From the NCBI GenBank assembly GCA_964016885.1, contig OZ024750.1:40114001-40178000 (forward strand): a stretch of DNA of 64,000 nt, given 5' to 3'. The notes beneath the pieces were generated by a model. The model was given only the letters and a program-made list of their open reading frames with translations. It was not told the origin of the DNA and made no database searches. Both the position numbers and the translations under genes were made by a program. Numbering within the stretch: the first letter of the stretch is position 1; each line of letters opens with the position of its first letter. Below are positions 12,984 through 26,057 of this stretch, in pieces. The DNA comes from Eledone cirrhosa. Its lineage: Eukaryota.

Positions 12984-13099
12984 TCATTTCCACACTATAA
13001 GGTTGCCAGCCCTACAGTAAGTAAATATTTCGCTTCCTGCCCAACGCATGCGGTCAGGCCGTTAAAATGACACACATGCAAAATCAGGTCGCAGATATA

Positions 13100-13508
13100 T
13101 ATATATGAACAAAATTCCCTCGTTCATGTATATATATATATATATATATATATGAGCAAAATTCCCTCGTTCATGTATATATATATATATATATATGAGC
13201 AAAATTCCCTCGTTCATGTATATATATATATATATATATGAACAAAATTCCCTCGTTCATGTATATATATATATATATATATGAGCAAAATTCCCTCGTT
13301 CATGTATATATATATATATATATATGAACAAAATTCCCTCGTTCATGTATATATAAAAGGATCGATCGACTTTCGTCAAATCGGACCGAGGAAACAATGT
13401 TTCCGTTGGTCTTTCCAGTTGCTAGTACTATCTATCGGTCGCAACTCCAGGTCGCAACTCCATGTATATATATATATATATATATATATGAGCAAAATTC
13501 CCTCGTTC

Positions 13509-13543
<35 letters not shown>

Positions 13544-13786
13544 CAAAATTCCCTCGTTCATGTATATATATATATATATATATATATATGAGCAAAATTC
13601 CCTCGTTCATGTATATATATATATATTAATACTGCTCAGAAGCGATTCCTAGAGCTGAAATGATTGTAAATGACCTCTCTGAGTCTAAACTCTAAGCTAT
13701 TTATATATATATATATATATATGAACAAAATTCCCTCGTTCATGTATATATATATATATATATACATGAACAAAATTCCCTCGTTC

Positions 13787-13844
<58 letters not shown>

Positions 13845-13862
13845 GAGCAAAATTCCCTCAAC
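13100..13862. repeat. ~24-bp hairpin motif repeated ~12x with variable (TA)n spacers
   Basis: ATGAACAAAATTCCCTCGTTCATG alternates with (TA)n; inverted copies at 12470-12530. Confidence 0.9.
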
Positions 13863-13898
13863 AGGTATCTATATTTATTTGTTCTTATACCTTACAGA

Positions 13899-14001
13899 AT
13901 CCCTCCGATGAAGAATTCGTTCTGGTAACAAGGACCATATCAATTCAAACTATCGCCTGATTTATTCTTCAATTCAGAAACTGTAATTACGGTCAGGGGT
14001 T
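13899..14001 (+). ncRNA. Type I hammerhead ribozyme motif (U4C core, long stem II)
   Basis: ATCCCT-CCGATGA-[long insert]-GAA-ACTGTAATTACGGT-C-AGGGGT, with a near-palindromic stem III and a GUC triplet. Confidence 0.6.
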
Positions 14002-14144
14002 TGGGGTCAGGATCCTTATATTTAGGGGTTTTTTAATGTGAGTATATCCCTAGGGAAGATTCCTGTAAACTATTCTTGCAAGTACTTTAACTGTTACATA
14101 CCCCTCAGTGATTGGTATAAGATACTCCCTCTCTGTCTCCCCCA

Positions 14145-14193
<49 letters not shown>

Positions 14194-14410
14194 AAGACGA
14201 TCGACTTTCGTCAAATCGGACCGAGGGAACAATGTTTCCGTTGGTCTTTCCAATTGCTAATACTATCTATCGGTCGCAACTCCAGGTAGAAGGACCAACG
14301 TGAAATAAAGTGTCTTGCTCAAGGACATAACGCATCGCCTAGTCCAGGAATCGAACTCACAACCTTACGATTGCGAATCCAATTCTCTAACCACTCAGCC
14401 ACACGCCTTC

Positions 14411-14990
<580 letters not shown>

Positions 14991-15832
14991 TGAATTAATA
15001 TTTCGTATTAGTTTCGGGACTCTGAATTATTATTTCGTCCCATAGAGTTACGGCCCTTGCCATTCTGAGTTCAAATCCCGCCGAGGTTAACTTTGCCTTT
15101 CATCCTTACGGGGTCGATAAAATAAAGTACCAGTAATGCACTGGGTATTTGTTGACATTGTGCCAAAAGTAGAAACAATTATATTTTTCTTCAAATATTC
15201 AGCTCATTTGCATAACACCATTTTAACCCCTCCTTTCTTTACTCTCTCCTTTCTTTAGTCCCTCCTTCCTTTAGCCCCTCCATCCTTTAGCTCTTCCTTT
15301 TTTTAGTCCATTCCTTCTCTGTTAGTTTCCTTCTATCTTTGAATTGTTCTCTCTCTCTCTCTTCACTTCTCTGTCACTCCATAATGTTTGTTGTTCACTC
15401 AGCACAACACACATAACTGCTATTATTGTTTTAATTAGCACCTGAGATGACAGCTTACATTGTCCCTGTTATGTCCGGTCAAGGTGACCGAAATGGGTCA
15501 TGTGCTTGTGTATCTGACATTTCAATAGTTAACTAAAAACCAAATTACAATTCCTCGCTTAATGACTAAACTCCGTTCAACGACGTGGTCGTAAATCGAA
15601 TTGATCGTTAAACAAATTCCTCACTTAACGAATAGGCTTCATTCCAGAAGGCGTCTCGTCTCGTTCGTCGGAAAGAGGCCTCGTGGTGACCTGAAGAGGT
15701 CAACAAAAACATTGCTTCGTGGAAAATGAAGTATCAAACATTTACAAAACACTGGAATCTTCCACTGTTAATTGTCAACAGATGGTAATTGTCAATTTGT
15801 TCACGGATGAAAAACATCGCCCACTACCTGTG

Positions 15833-15895
<63 letters not shown>

Positions 15896-15896
<1 letters not shown>

Positions 15897-16136
15897 TTAT
15901 TAAAATAACAGATTAAAGTTTAAGCAAAGAATCGCTGCTTTCACCCTTAACGGGATCTTCTGAAACTAACTAATGGTTAGTTTCAGAAGATCCCGTTAAG
16001 GATAAAAGCAGCGATTCTTTGCTTAAACTTTAATCTGTTATTTTAATAAATATTTGCTCTACGGTTCTGATATATTTGATATATATTTATCCTTATCGAG
16101 CCCTCTTTGGATTTTAGTCTTCAAATTTATTATTAT

Positions 16137-16140
<4 letters not shown>
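15896..16140. mobile_element. CAGAAGA-core hammerhead family, fold-back copy
   Basis: 15896-15970 is the reverse complement of 15976-16050 with a 5-nt spacer; (TA)n lies on both sides. Confidence 0.8.
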
Positions 16141-16174
<34 letters not shown>

Positions 16175-16388
16175 GGAAAAAATGAAACGAAATTTCATTT
16201 CTCACTTTTAGTACGATTGTTACTTAAATATAAGTATGTACACGTACATACATATATGTATACAGACGTACAGTAGTATGTATATATATATACATACATG
16301 CACACATATATATATATGTACGTATGGATTCACCGAACATTTATTATAATGCTCGGTGTGTTTGTAAACAAACATCCCGTATTACGCC

Positions 16389-16442
<54 letters not shown>

Positions 16443-16646
16443 GAATGGAGTCAGGCCGCCGACCACTGAGCTCCGGCCGTTTCGACAGCTAGGTCTGAAC
16501 TCAGCCATTGGGGTCCTGACTCTTTTCCTATTACCCATTCTACTACACAGTATCGAGTACTTTGGTACGTTATGGTCCAACTGGTTACTTACCACACTTC
16601 GATCTGGTCCGACTCTGGAATAAAAACCTCGTCGGACCTCTGTGGT

Positions 16647-16915
16647 AATAATTGTTTCTACTTTAGGCACAAGGCCAGCAATTACCCCAGTACATTACTG
16701 GTACTTTATTTTATCGACCCCGTAAGGATGAAAGGCAAAGTCAACCTCGGCAGGATTTGAACTCAGATCGTAAAGGGACGTAACTATGCTGGAAAGCATG
16801 GCGTCCGACCCTCTACCGACACTGCCAATCCACCAAATAATAATAGGCACTACGTTAGGCACAAGGCCAGCAAATACCCAGTGCATTACTGGTACTTTAT
16901 TTTATCGACCCCGTA
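16647..16915 (-). mobile_element. SINE family 1, full copy plus partial copy
   Basis: Reverse complement of 7941-8131. Confidence 0.85.
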
Positions 16916-17364
16916 ATAATGATAGAATGAATATACATGCCATATAAAAGATCTAACGTTTCGCGTTCCTAGTTTTCCAGTCTCATCCTGTGTGGTCAGT
17001 TTATGCTGTTTTGATTGGTGGTTTAGCTATGAGCAATGTTTTGGCATGTACGATAGGTGGAAAGGGGGGGGGGGGGTGAACGTAGTGACGAGGTAGTGGT
17101 GGGGAGCACTAGTTGATGTGAGTGGTGGGATAACTGGTCAACATCATCGGATGGTTCCGAAGACACAAGTTTTTTTTTTTTTTTTTAGAGTTTCCCTCTC
17201 TTAGAAAGGTGTTGTGACAACTGGGGGGGCTTTCACTCTCAGGTGGACTAAAACAAAAAAGTACTATTTGGATGGTCGTGGACTCTGCTGAGTTCCTCCG
17301 CCCTTTGCCGGGTCTTGTATTTCATCCCGCAGGGTGTCCAAATATATATATATGTGTGTGTGTG

Positions 17365-17452
<88 letters not shown>

Positions 17453-17879
17453 ATTATAATGGTCCTTGCCATTATAAGTTCAAATCCCGCCGAGGTTAAC
17501 TTTGCCTTTCATCCTACGGGGGTCGATAAAATAAAGTACCAGTAATGCACTGGGAATAATTTGCTGGCCTTGTGCCAAACGTTGAAACAATTATAATGGT
17601 CATATGATAATCAATTTGTTTGGGAAATAGTAATTTGAGCAGGTATGTGCTTTGATATCTTCCTCCCTACCTCACACACACACACACACACACATACACT
17701 CACACACACAGATACACACACACAGATACACACAGACACACAGACACATATTTGACAAGACATATCCAGTAGTTTAACAACGGCTAACTATAACAATCTA
17801 CGTATGAATCTATCTATATTCGGACATTAGAGGCCACAATCTAACTCTCTAATTTAGAGGAAATATATTTGATAGCCAG

Positions 17880-18005
<126 letters not shown>

Positions 18006-18127
18006 TTTTATAGAAGGAGCTTCTACAGGACTAGTACTGTTTCATTCAGATGAAATCTTCAGGAAGCTTCCTGATGATTTCATCTGAATGAAACAGTACT
18101 AGTCCTGTAGAAGCTCCTTCTATAAAA
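18006..18127. ncRNA. 122-bp palindrome encoding a complete type I hammerhead on each strand
   Basis: AGCTTC-CTGATGA-TTTCATCTGAAT-GAA-ACAG-TACTAGTC-CTGT-A-GAAGCT at 18065-18115 (+); mirror copy with CTGAAGA on the minus strand. Confidence 0.8.
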
Positions 18128-18202
18128 TAAAAAAAATTTTACTCTGCCTTGTATTGAGTACCTTACTTACTGTGGTTATCCCCGACTCAACCCGGGACCT
18201 AC

Positions 18203-18246
<44 letters not shown>

Positions 18247-18261
18247 GTATATACACGTATG

Positions 18262-18304
<43 letters not shown>

Positions 18305-18394
18305 GTATATACACGTATACACGCACACATATATATATATATATATTATTCAAAATATTAACGAATGAAGATATTCACATAATCAAAATATATG

Positions 18395-18436
<42 letters not shown>

Positions 18437-18480
18437 GTATACACACACACATATATATATATACACACACACATGTATAG

Positions 18481-18544
<64 letters not shown>

Positions 18545-18640
18545 ATTCCACAACTTATTAAAACGTAGTTTTAAATTAACTGCAGAAATTGAAACAATAT
18601 CCGATGCGGCTACATCAAAGGGATTGCCTCAGTGAAATCA

Positions 18641-20190
18641 AAGAAACTAAAGCTCTGTTGTAACTAAGACAGTTACAGTAACCCCACCACTAAGGCTGGT
18701 TTATTGGGTAGTTGAAGAAACTAAAGCTCTGTTGTAACTAAGACGGCCACTGTAACCCCACCACTAAGGCCGGTTTATTGGGAAGTTGAAGAAACTAAAG
18801 CTCTGTTGTAACTAAGACAGTTACAGTAACCCCACCACTAAGGCTGGTTTATTGGGGAGTTGAAGAAACTAAAGCTCTGTTGTAACTAAGACAGTTACAG
18901 TAACCCCACCACTAAGGCTGGTTTATTGGGGAGTTGAAGAAACTAAAGCTCTGTTGTAACTAAGACGGCCACTGTAACCCCACCACTAAGGCCGGTTTAT
19001 TGGGTAGTTGAAGAAACTAAAGCTCTGTTGTAACTAAGACAGTTACAGTAACCCCACCACTAAGGCTGGTTTATTGGGTAGTTGAAGAAACTAAAGCTCT
19101 GTTGTAACTAAGACAGTTACAGTAACCCCACCACTAAGGCTGGTTTATTGGGTAGTTGAAGAAACTAAAGCTCTGTTGTAACTAAGACAGTTATAGTAAC
19201 CCCACCACTAAGGCTGGTTTATTGGGTAGTTGAAGAAACTAAAGCTCTGTTGTAACTAAGACGGCCACAGTAACCCCACCACTAAGGCTGGTTTATTGGG
19301 TAGTTGAAGAAACTAAAGCTCTGTTGTAACTAAGACAGTTATAGTAACCCCACCACTAAGGCTGGTTTATTGAGGAGTTGAAGAAACTAAAGCTCTGTTG
19401 TAACTAAGACAGTTACAGTAACCCCACCACTAAGGCTGGTTTATTGGGTAGTTGAAGAAACTAAAGCTCTGTTGTAACTAAGACAGTTACAGTAACCCCA
19501 CCACTAAGGCTGGTTTATTGGGTAGTTGAAGAAACTAAAGCTCTGTTGTAACTAAGACAGTTACAGTGACCCCACCACTAAGGCTGGTTTATTGGGTAGT
19601 TGAAGAAACTAAAGCTCTGTTGTAACTAAGACAGTTACAGTAACCCCACCACTAAGGCTGGTTTATTGGGTAGTTGAAGAAACTAAAGCTCTGTTGTAAC
19701 TAAGACAGTTACAGTAACCCCACCACTAAGGCTGGTTTATTGGGTAGTTGAAGAAACTAAATCTCTGTTGTAACTAAGACGGCCACAGTAACCCCACCAC
19801 TAAGGCTGGTTTATTGGGGAGTTGAAGAAACTAAAGCTCTGTTGTAACTAAGACGGCCACAGTAACCCCACCACTAAGGCTGGTTTATTGGGTAGTTGAA
19901 GAAACTAAAGCTCTGTTGTAACTAAGACAGTTACAGTAACCCCACCACTAAGGCTGGTTTATTGGGTAGTTGAAGAAACTAAAGCTCTGTTGTAACTAAG
20001 ACGGCCACTGTAACCCCACCACTAAGGCTGGTTTATTGGGGAGTTGAAGAAACTAAAGCTCTGTTGTAACTAAGACAGTTACAGTAACCCCACCACTAAG
20101 GCTGGTTTATTGGGGAGTTGAAGAAACTAAAGCTCTGTTGTAACTAAGACGGCCACAGTAACCCCACCACTAATCTGGTTTATTGGGTGC
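18641..20190. repeat. 74-bp minisatellite, ~21 copies
   Basis: GTTGAAGAAACTAAAGCTCTGTTGTAACTAAGACAGTTACAGTAACCCCACCACTAAGGCTGGTTTATTGGGTA at 18711, 18785, 18859 and onward. Confidence 0.97.
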
Positions 20191-20240
20191 GTTTGACGGA
20201 GACCAAACTTGCAAGTATTCCAGCTAGATCTCGGCTTTAA

Positions 20241-20461
20241 CCCTTTAGCATTTAAACCTACCATATCCGGCCAGAATTCTCTCACCTCTTTCTGTTCAAA
20301 CCGTCCATAACCGGCTGCTCATACTTATGTTAAGGTATTGGTCTCAAAATAAATAATATCAAAGTCTCGTAGATCCGATATTATGTGAGATATTTATGTG
20401 AGATAAAGCCTTTACTGTGAAAATACAATAGTATATATAGAGTAATGTAAATTCTAAAGGG
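20241..20461. mobile_element. piggyBac-type MITE
   Basis: TTAA|CCCTTTAGCATTTA...TAAATTCTAAAGGG|TTAA, i.e. TTAA TSD and CCC-ended TIRs; sister copy at 27467-27642. Confidence 0.85.
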
Positions 20462-20867
20462 TTAAAGATATCTTCCTCACTCCCTGTCTCTGGTCTCGCT
20501 GACTTTGAAATATGTCATGGTCACTGTCCCCTCCCTCTCTACATATTTTGCCTTTCATACCTACGGTGTCGATAAAGTACCAGTGACGTACTGAGGTCGA
20601 TTTAATCAGAAACCGTTATTAGTATAAATGTACTCTCGTTCTTCAATCTTATATAAAATGTGTATTTTGCGAAGTAACCTAGAAACATGTTATTAGTATT
20701 AATGGACCTGATATCATGCTACTAATGCCCTAGGTTAAATCACAGCATTTATAGTCTAGAAGTTTGTAACTGCACCAATTAAATAAAATGCAGTGCTTGC
20801 AGAGGGTTAAATATCAAATATATATGAAATATATACTAGTGCGTGTATTTACTGCACCCTAAGATAG

Positions 20868-21082
20868 GGCGGCGAATTGTCAGAGTGGTTAGAACGTCAG
20901 ATAGAATGGCAGAGTGGTTAGGACGTCAGATAGAATGGTAGAGTTGTTAGAACGTCAGATAGAATGCTAGAGTGGTTAGAACGTCTGATAGAATGGTAGA
21001 GTTGTTAGAACGTCAGATAGAATGCTAGAGTCGTTAGAACGTCAGATAGAATGGCAGAGTGGTTAGAACGTCAGATAGAAGG
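20868..21082 (+). repeat. 29-bp tandem repeat (~7x) derived from a SINE head
   Basis: AGAGTGGTTAGAACGTCAGATAGAATGGC repeats follow GGCGGCGAATTG, like the SINE 5' end at ~27905. Confidence 0.85.
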
Positions 21083-21155
21083 ATTCGTCCCGGTTCACTA
21101 CTCTAGTATTGGAGGTCGATTCTTCCTCTATATTTCTTTAAAGCTCTTTCTCGTT

Positions 21156-21860
21156 AAGAAAAGTCAGCGTTAATGTCATGCTACAATCAGGCTAGGAATT
21201 GCCGCGAAAAATGTTATTCTTAAGAACCTATATCTTAACAGAGGTATATATTATAACAGAGGTATATATAGTGGGCGTCTGCATGGTATAATGTGTGAAC
21301 AGAAACACACATTATACCATGCAGACGCCCACTATATATACCTCTGTTATAATATATACCTCTGTTAAGATATAGGTTCTTAAGAATAACATTTTTCGCG
21401 GCAATTCCTAGCCTGATTGTAGCATGACATTAACGCTGACTTTTCTTCTTTCTTTCTGTTTTTTTTTCTCTTTGACCGGGAGGTTAGTAGCACATTATAA
21501 GCTTTCGCCCCTTCACCAGATAGCCTTAAGTAGACCGAATAGCCAGCACTTGAGGGCGACCGGCTAAAGTGGAAGATGCTAGATGGTCGGTCGTCCTCGG
21601 GTCTATGATTTTCATGATTTTATATTTCGAATACCTGATGATATCACCGGATTCATACGGAACCCGGTCATTGAAATGATCATAGTATAATAAACCTTTC
21701 AAGGATTTACACAAGTCCTGTTATTTTATTATAATATTTAACTTCGTACTCGCACCACCAACTACACAAACGAAGACGGTTGAGTACTCTCCATATTATT
21801 ACATCAAGACTGACCATACGGAATGACCAGCTCTATCCAGTGGTGAACCTTCAAACCTAA
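21156..21860 (+). mobile_element. Penelope pLTR/retrozyme-like insert: 5' fold-back + hammerhead + AATAAA + (TA)n
   Basis: ~140-bp perfect inverted arms at 21156-21447; HHR at 21631-21688. Confidence 0.65.
21631..21688 (+). ncRNA. Type I hammerhead ribozyme, canonical core
   Basis: ATAC-CTGATGA-[ACCGGATTC/GAACCCGGT stem II]-GAA-ATGATCAT(palindromic stem III)-A-GTAT, immediately followed by AATAAA. Confidence 0.75.
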
Positions 21861-21983
<123 letters not shown>

Positions 21984-22054
21984 CATATATATATATAATT
22001 ATTTATTGTATATATATATATACAATAAATAATTATATATATATATATACAATA

Positions 22055-22099
<45 letters not shown>

Positions 22100-22149
22100 T
22101 TTATTGTATATATATATATATATATATACAATAAATAATATATTTTAAC

Positions 22150-22512
22150 AATAATAAGACACAATTATTTCACCTCAATTGGCCCCACTCTCTTTAATAT
22201 TACACTAAAACGCATTAAAACAGAAACAGACCCCACCAAGTTCAAGAAGTCTTTGGACAAATTCCTTCAAGAAATCCCGGATAAGCTTCTTACACCCGGA
22301 TATGCCTCCGTAAACAATAACTCTCTACTTGAGGGGACCATGGTGTCCAAATCCTGATTAAAAAGACTTCGCCAGATGGTGCTATAAGTTAGACATGGTC
22401 TTGGCCAATACTGGCCAATACTGGCCAATACTGGCTAATACTGGCCAATACTGGCCGAAACTGGCCGAAACTGGCCAATACTGGCCGAAACTGGCCGAAA
22501 CTTATCAAAGTT
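22150..22512 (+). mobile_element. 5'-truncated CR1-group LINE 3' end with 10-bp repeat tail
   Basis: Translates RHNYFTSIGPTLFN..FKKSLDKFLQEIPDK..GY..NSLLE..*, the typical CR1 ORF2 C-terminus. (CTGGCCAATA/CTGGCCGAAA)n at 22401-22500. Confidence 0.75.
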
Positions 22513-22601
22513 ATTCTATGTAGAAATAAATATTATATATATTTTTATTTTGCTATATTTATATCCTTTGATATTTAATATACTATTATATCATTTCAAG
22601 T

Positions 22602-23105
22602 GGAGGTGTATGGCCTAGTGGGGTAAGGGTGTTGGACTTACGGTCATAATGTCGTGGGTTCGATTCCTGGATTTTGTGTTGTGTTCGTGGGCAAAACACT
22701 CCATTTCAAGTTGCTCCAGTATACTCAGCTGAGAATGAATACCAGCAATAGCTGGGGGTTTAACCCTGCGATGGACTGGCGCCCTGTCCGGGGGGGGGGG
22801 GGAGTCTGGTACTCTCAGTCGCCGCTTCAGGCCTTGAAACCAGGATAAGCACCGGCGTGATGAGCCTTCTGGTTTAAGACAGACTTTAACCTGTGATGGA
22901 CTGAGGTCTTGTCGAGTGGGGTGTATTGTACCCTCAGTCACTTAACGCCACAGAACTTAGGATAAGCACTGCCCTGATGATCCTTCAGTCTTGGGACATA
23001 CTTTAACCTGTGATGGACTAGGGTCCTATCCAGGAGGGACGCTTCACGCCATGGAACCGGGATAAGTACCGGCCAAATGACCCTTCTGGCTTAAGACTGA
23101 CTTTA
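22602..23105 (+). mobile_element. tRNA-derived SINE family 2 with triplicated 3' module
   Basis: TGGCCTAGTGG (A box), GGTTCGATTCC (B box) and AACCCTGCGATGGACTGG. The ACCTGTGATGGACT..GGATAAG..ACTTTA module recurs three times. Confidence 0.75.
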
Positions 23106-24199
23106 GACATTTTATATCATCTCTACCGCAACAACAACCAACCACGCCCTGGAACTTTATATATGGTCAGCTAATTACCATTGTAGAAACTATTATGGAG
23201 ACATATCGATTATATCGGATATCCTTTAAATGAAATGAATATCGTTGTCACGTGATTAATGTCGCAGAACCCACCTGAAGGATTTCGGTGATTCGGGGCG
23301 GTTTTTCTTCTCCTGCGTACACTCATACATACACATACATACACACGCACATACACTCGCACATACATACGCACATACACCCATATATACATACATACAC
23401 ACACACACACACCCACATACAAACACACGCACATACACCCATATATACATACATATTCACACACTCATACACACACATACACACACACATACACCCATAT
23501 ATACACGCTCACACACCCACATACAAACACACATATATACATGCATACACACGCACATATATACATACATACATATACACTCACACATATACATGCATAC
23601 ACACACACATATTCAAACACACACATATACACACATACACACGCACATACACCCATATATACATACATACACACTCACACACCCACAAACAAACACACTC
23701 ATACACCCATATATACATACATACACATCCACACACACATATACATGCATACACAAACACATACACACACACACACATACACACACAACACTTACATTAG
23801 TATACCACGCATACACATGTACACACAAAAACCACATATACATACACACACATACCTACACATGTAACAGGATTTGACAAATGTACGACCATCAATGACA
23901 TCCGATTCCGATAGTCACTTGTTATTAATAACCACAAGGCACCTTATCCCTTCTAAATTTTTAATAATTTATTGCTGTATATAAACAACCAAATGGTTGT
24001 TTATATACAGAAAAACAAGATGGTGTACGACAGAACAAAGGAGAGACACAAAATAACAAATCAGTAACCGAGAAGGTCACAGAATGTGTGACGAAAGAGC
24101 TTTGACAATATATAAATAATCATCCGGTTATTGAACCAACCAACTGGAAATTTATAACAAATTGAAGTGAAAACCAACAGGTGCGTGTGTTTTTATTGC

Positions 24200-24395
24200 C
24201 AACATGACCCTCCCAAAGTATAACAACATGACCCTCCCAAAGTATAACAACATGACCCTCCCAAAGTATAACAGCATGACCCTCCCAAAGTATAACAACA
24301 TGACCCTCCCAAAGTATAACAACATGACCCTCCCAAAGTATAACAGCATGACCCTCCCAAAGTATAACAGCATGACCCTCCCAAAGTATAACAAT
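24200..24395. repeat. 24-bp minisatellite x8
   Basis: CATGACCCTCCCAAAGTATAACAA; a single copy also occurs at ~60340. Confidence 0.95.
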
Positions 24396-24453
24396 ATCTG
24401 TTTCAACACACGTTTTCTGATAAGAAATCTTGCAAAACAAATTCAAAAACGAA

Positions 24454-24488
<35 letters not shown>

Positions 24489-24690
24489 CGCGCGCGCGCG
24501 CGTGCGTGTGTGTGTGTGTGCGTGCGCGCGTGTGTGTGTACATGTGTGTGTGTGTATGTGCGTGCGTGCGCGCGTGTGTGTGTGTACATGTGCGCGCGCG
24601 CGCGCGCGTGTATGTGTGTGTGCGTGCGTGCGCGCGCGTGTGTGTGTGTGCATGTGTGTGTGTGTGTGCGCGTGCGTGCGCGCGCGTGTG

Positions 24691-24750
<60 letters not shown>

Positions 24751-25596
24751 CGTGCGTGTGTGTGTCTGCATGAGTGTGTGTGTGCAATTTATTGTAGCCT
24801 GTTCTAAGACTATGTGGTTACACACCAGAAACTTTCTTCAACCAACATGTAACACAGATTTCAGGTATGTGAAATGTAAAGCTAATTTTAAAGTAATCAA
24901 CATTTAATTAGAATGACACTGTTTTTGTTGTTGTTCTTCTTTTTCTTCTTTTTCTTTATAATACGAGAAAAGAGAAACGTCGCTAGAATTTGGAACACAT
25001 GAATGAACTGTTTGAGGAGAAATTAAGTCGAGTAATCTAACAGACTTAATTTCAAAGACTTCCTGAAGAGTAAATTTGCTTCGTCATTCAAGTCTGTTTG
25101 AAAAGAAATTCTGGTGAGGAGTCATTGATGAGTTCTGAGTAAAAGAAACACTAGCAGAAGACTAATTATAGAAACTGCAACAAATATTACGGCAGAAGTT
25201 GAAACTAAAGCAATATTAACTACTTGACACCAAGATGAATATCTTATAAACGAAACCAAGGAATTTAAAACTAATGAGTGCATCTATAAATTATGATGAA
25301 ATAGAAAGATTTGGCGGTGAAAAAAACAATTTCTCAGTCTTTTGGGAATTTATATATATATATACATACAAGGTTGGTGAAATAAATCACTGCCACTACT
25401 GGAATTGAATAACCAAAACCGTAGCGGTATGTGGCATATCAAATCTTATATTTTATCTGATGAAAACGTACTTAAACACCATTGTACCTTAGAAATATGT
25501 ATAATATAATATATATTTTGATTATGAGAATATTTTTCATTTATTAATATTTTGAATAATATACAAACATACATGTATGTACGCGTATGTATATGA

Positions 25597-25628
<32 letters not shown>

Positions 25629-25644
25629 GTATATATAATAATAA

Positions 25645-26057
25645 TAATTGTTTCTACTTTTGGCACAAGGCCAGCAATTACCCAGTGCATTACTGGTACT
25701 TTATTTTATCGACCCCGTAAGGATGAAAGGCAAAGTTAACCTCGGCGGAATTTGAACTCAGACCATAAAGATCCGTAACTCTTTGCTGCAAAACATAACG
25801 TCCGACCCTCTACCGATACTGCCAACCCACCGCCCTACAAATAATGGTTTCTTATATAGGCACAAGGCCTGCAATTTGGGGGAGGGGAAAGTCGATTAAA
25901 TCGACCCCAGTGCGTGACTGGTACTTTATTTTATCGAACCCGTAAGGATGAAAGGCAAAGCTCGGCTGGATTTGAACTCAGACCATAAAGGTCCGTAACT
26001 CTTTGCTGCAAAGTATGGCGTCCGACCTTCTACTGATACTGGACAACCCACCGCCCT
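25645..26057 (-). mobile_element. Tandem dimer of SINE family 1 (two subfamily variants)
   Basis: Two consecutive minus-strand copies, each ending CCACCGCCCTACAAATAATG on the + strand. Confidence 0.8.

Noticed and set aside
13100-13862. CRISPR-like repeat-spacer appearance
   Set aside because: The spacers are only (TA)n, there are no cas genes, and the context is eukaryotic.
22602-22680. tRNA gene
   Set aside because: A/B boxes are present but there is no convincing cloverleaf, and it continues into a SINE body.
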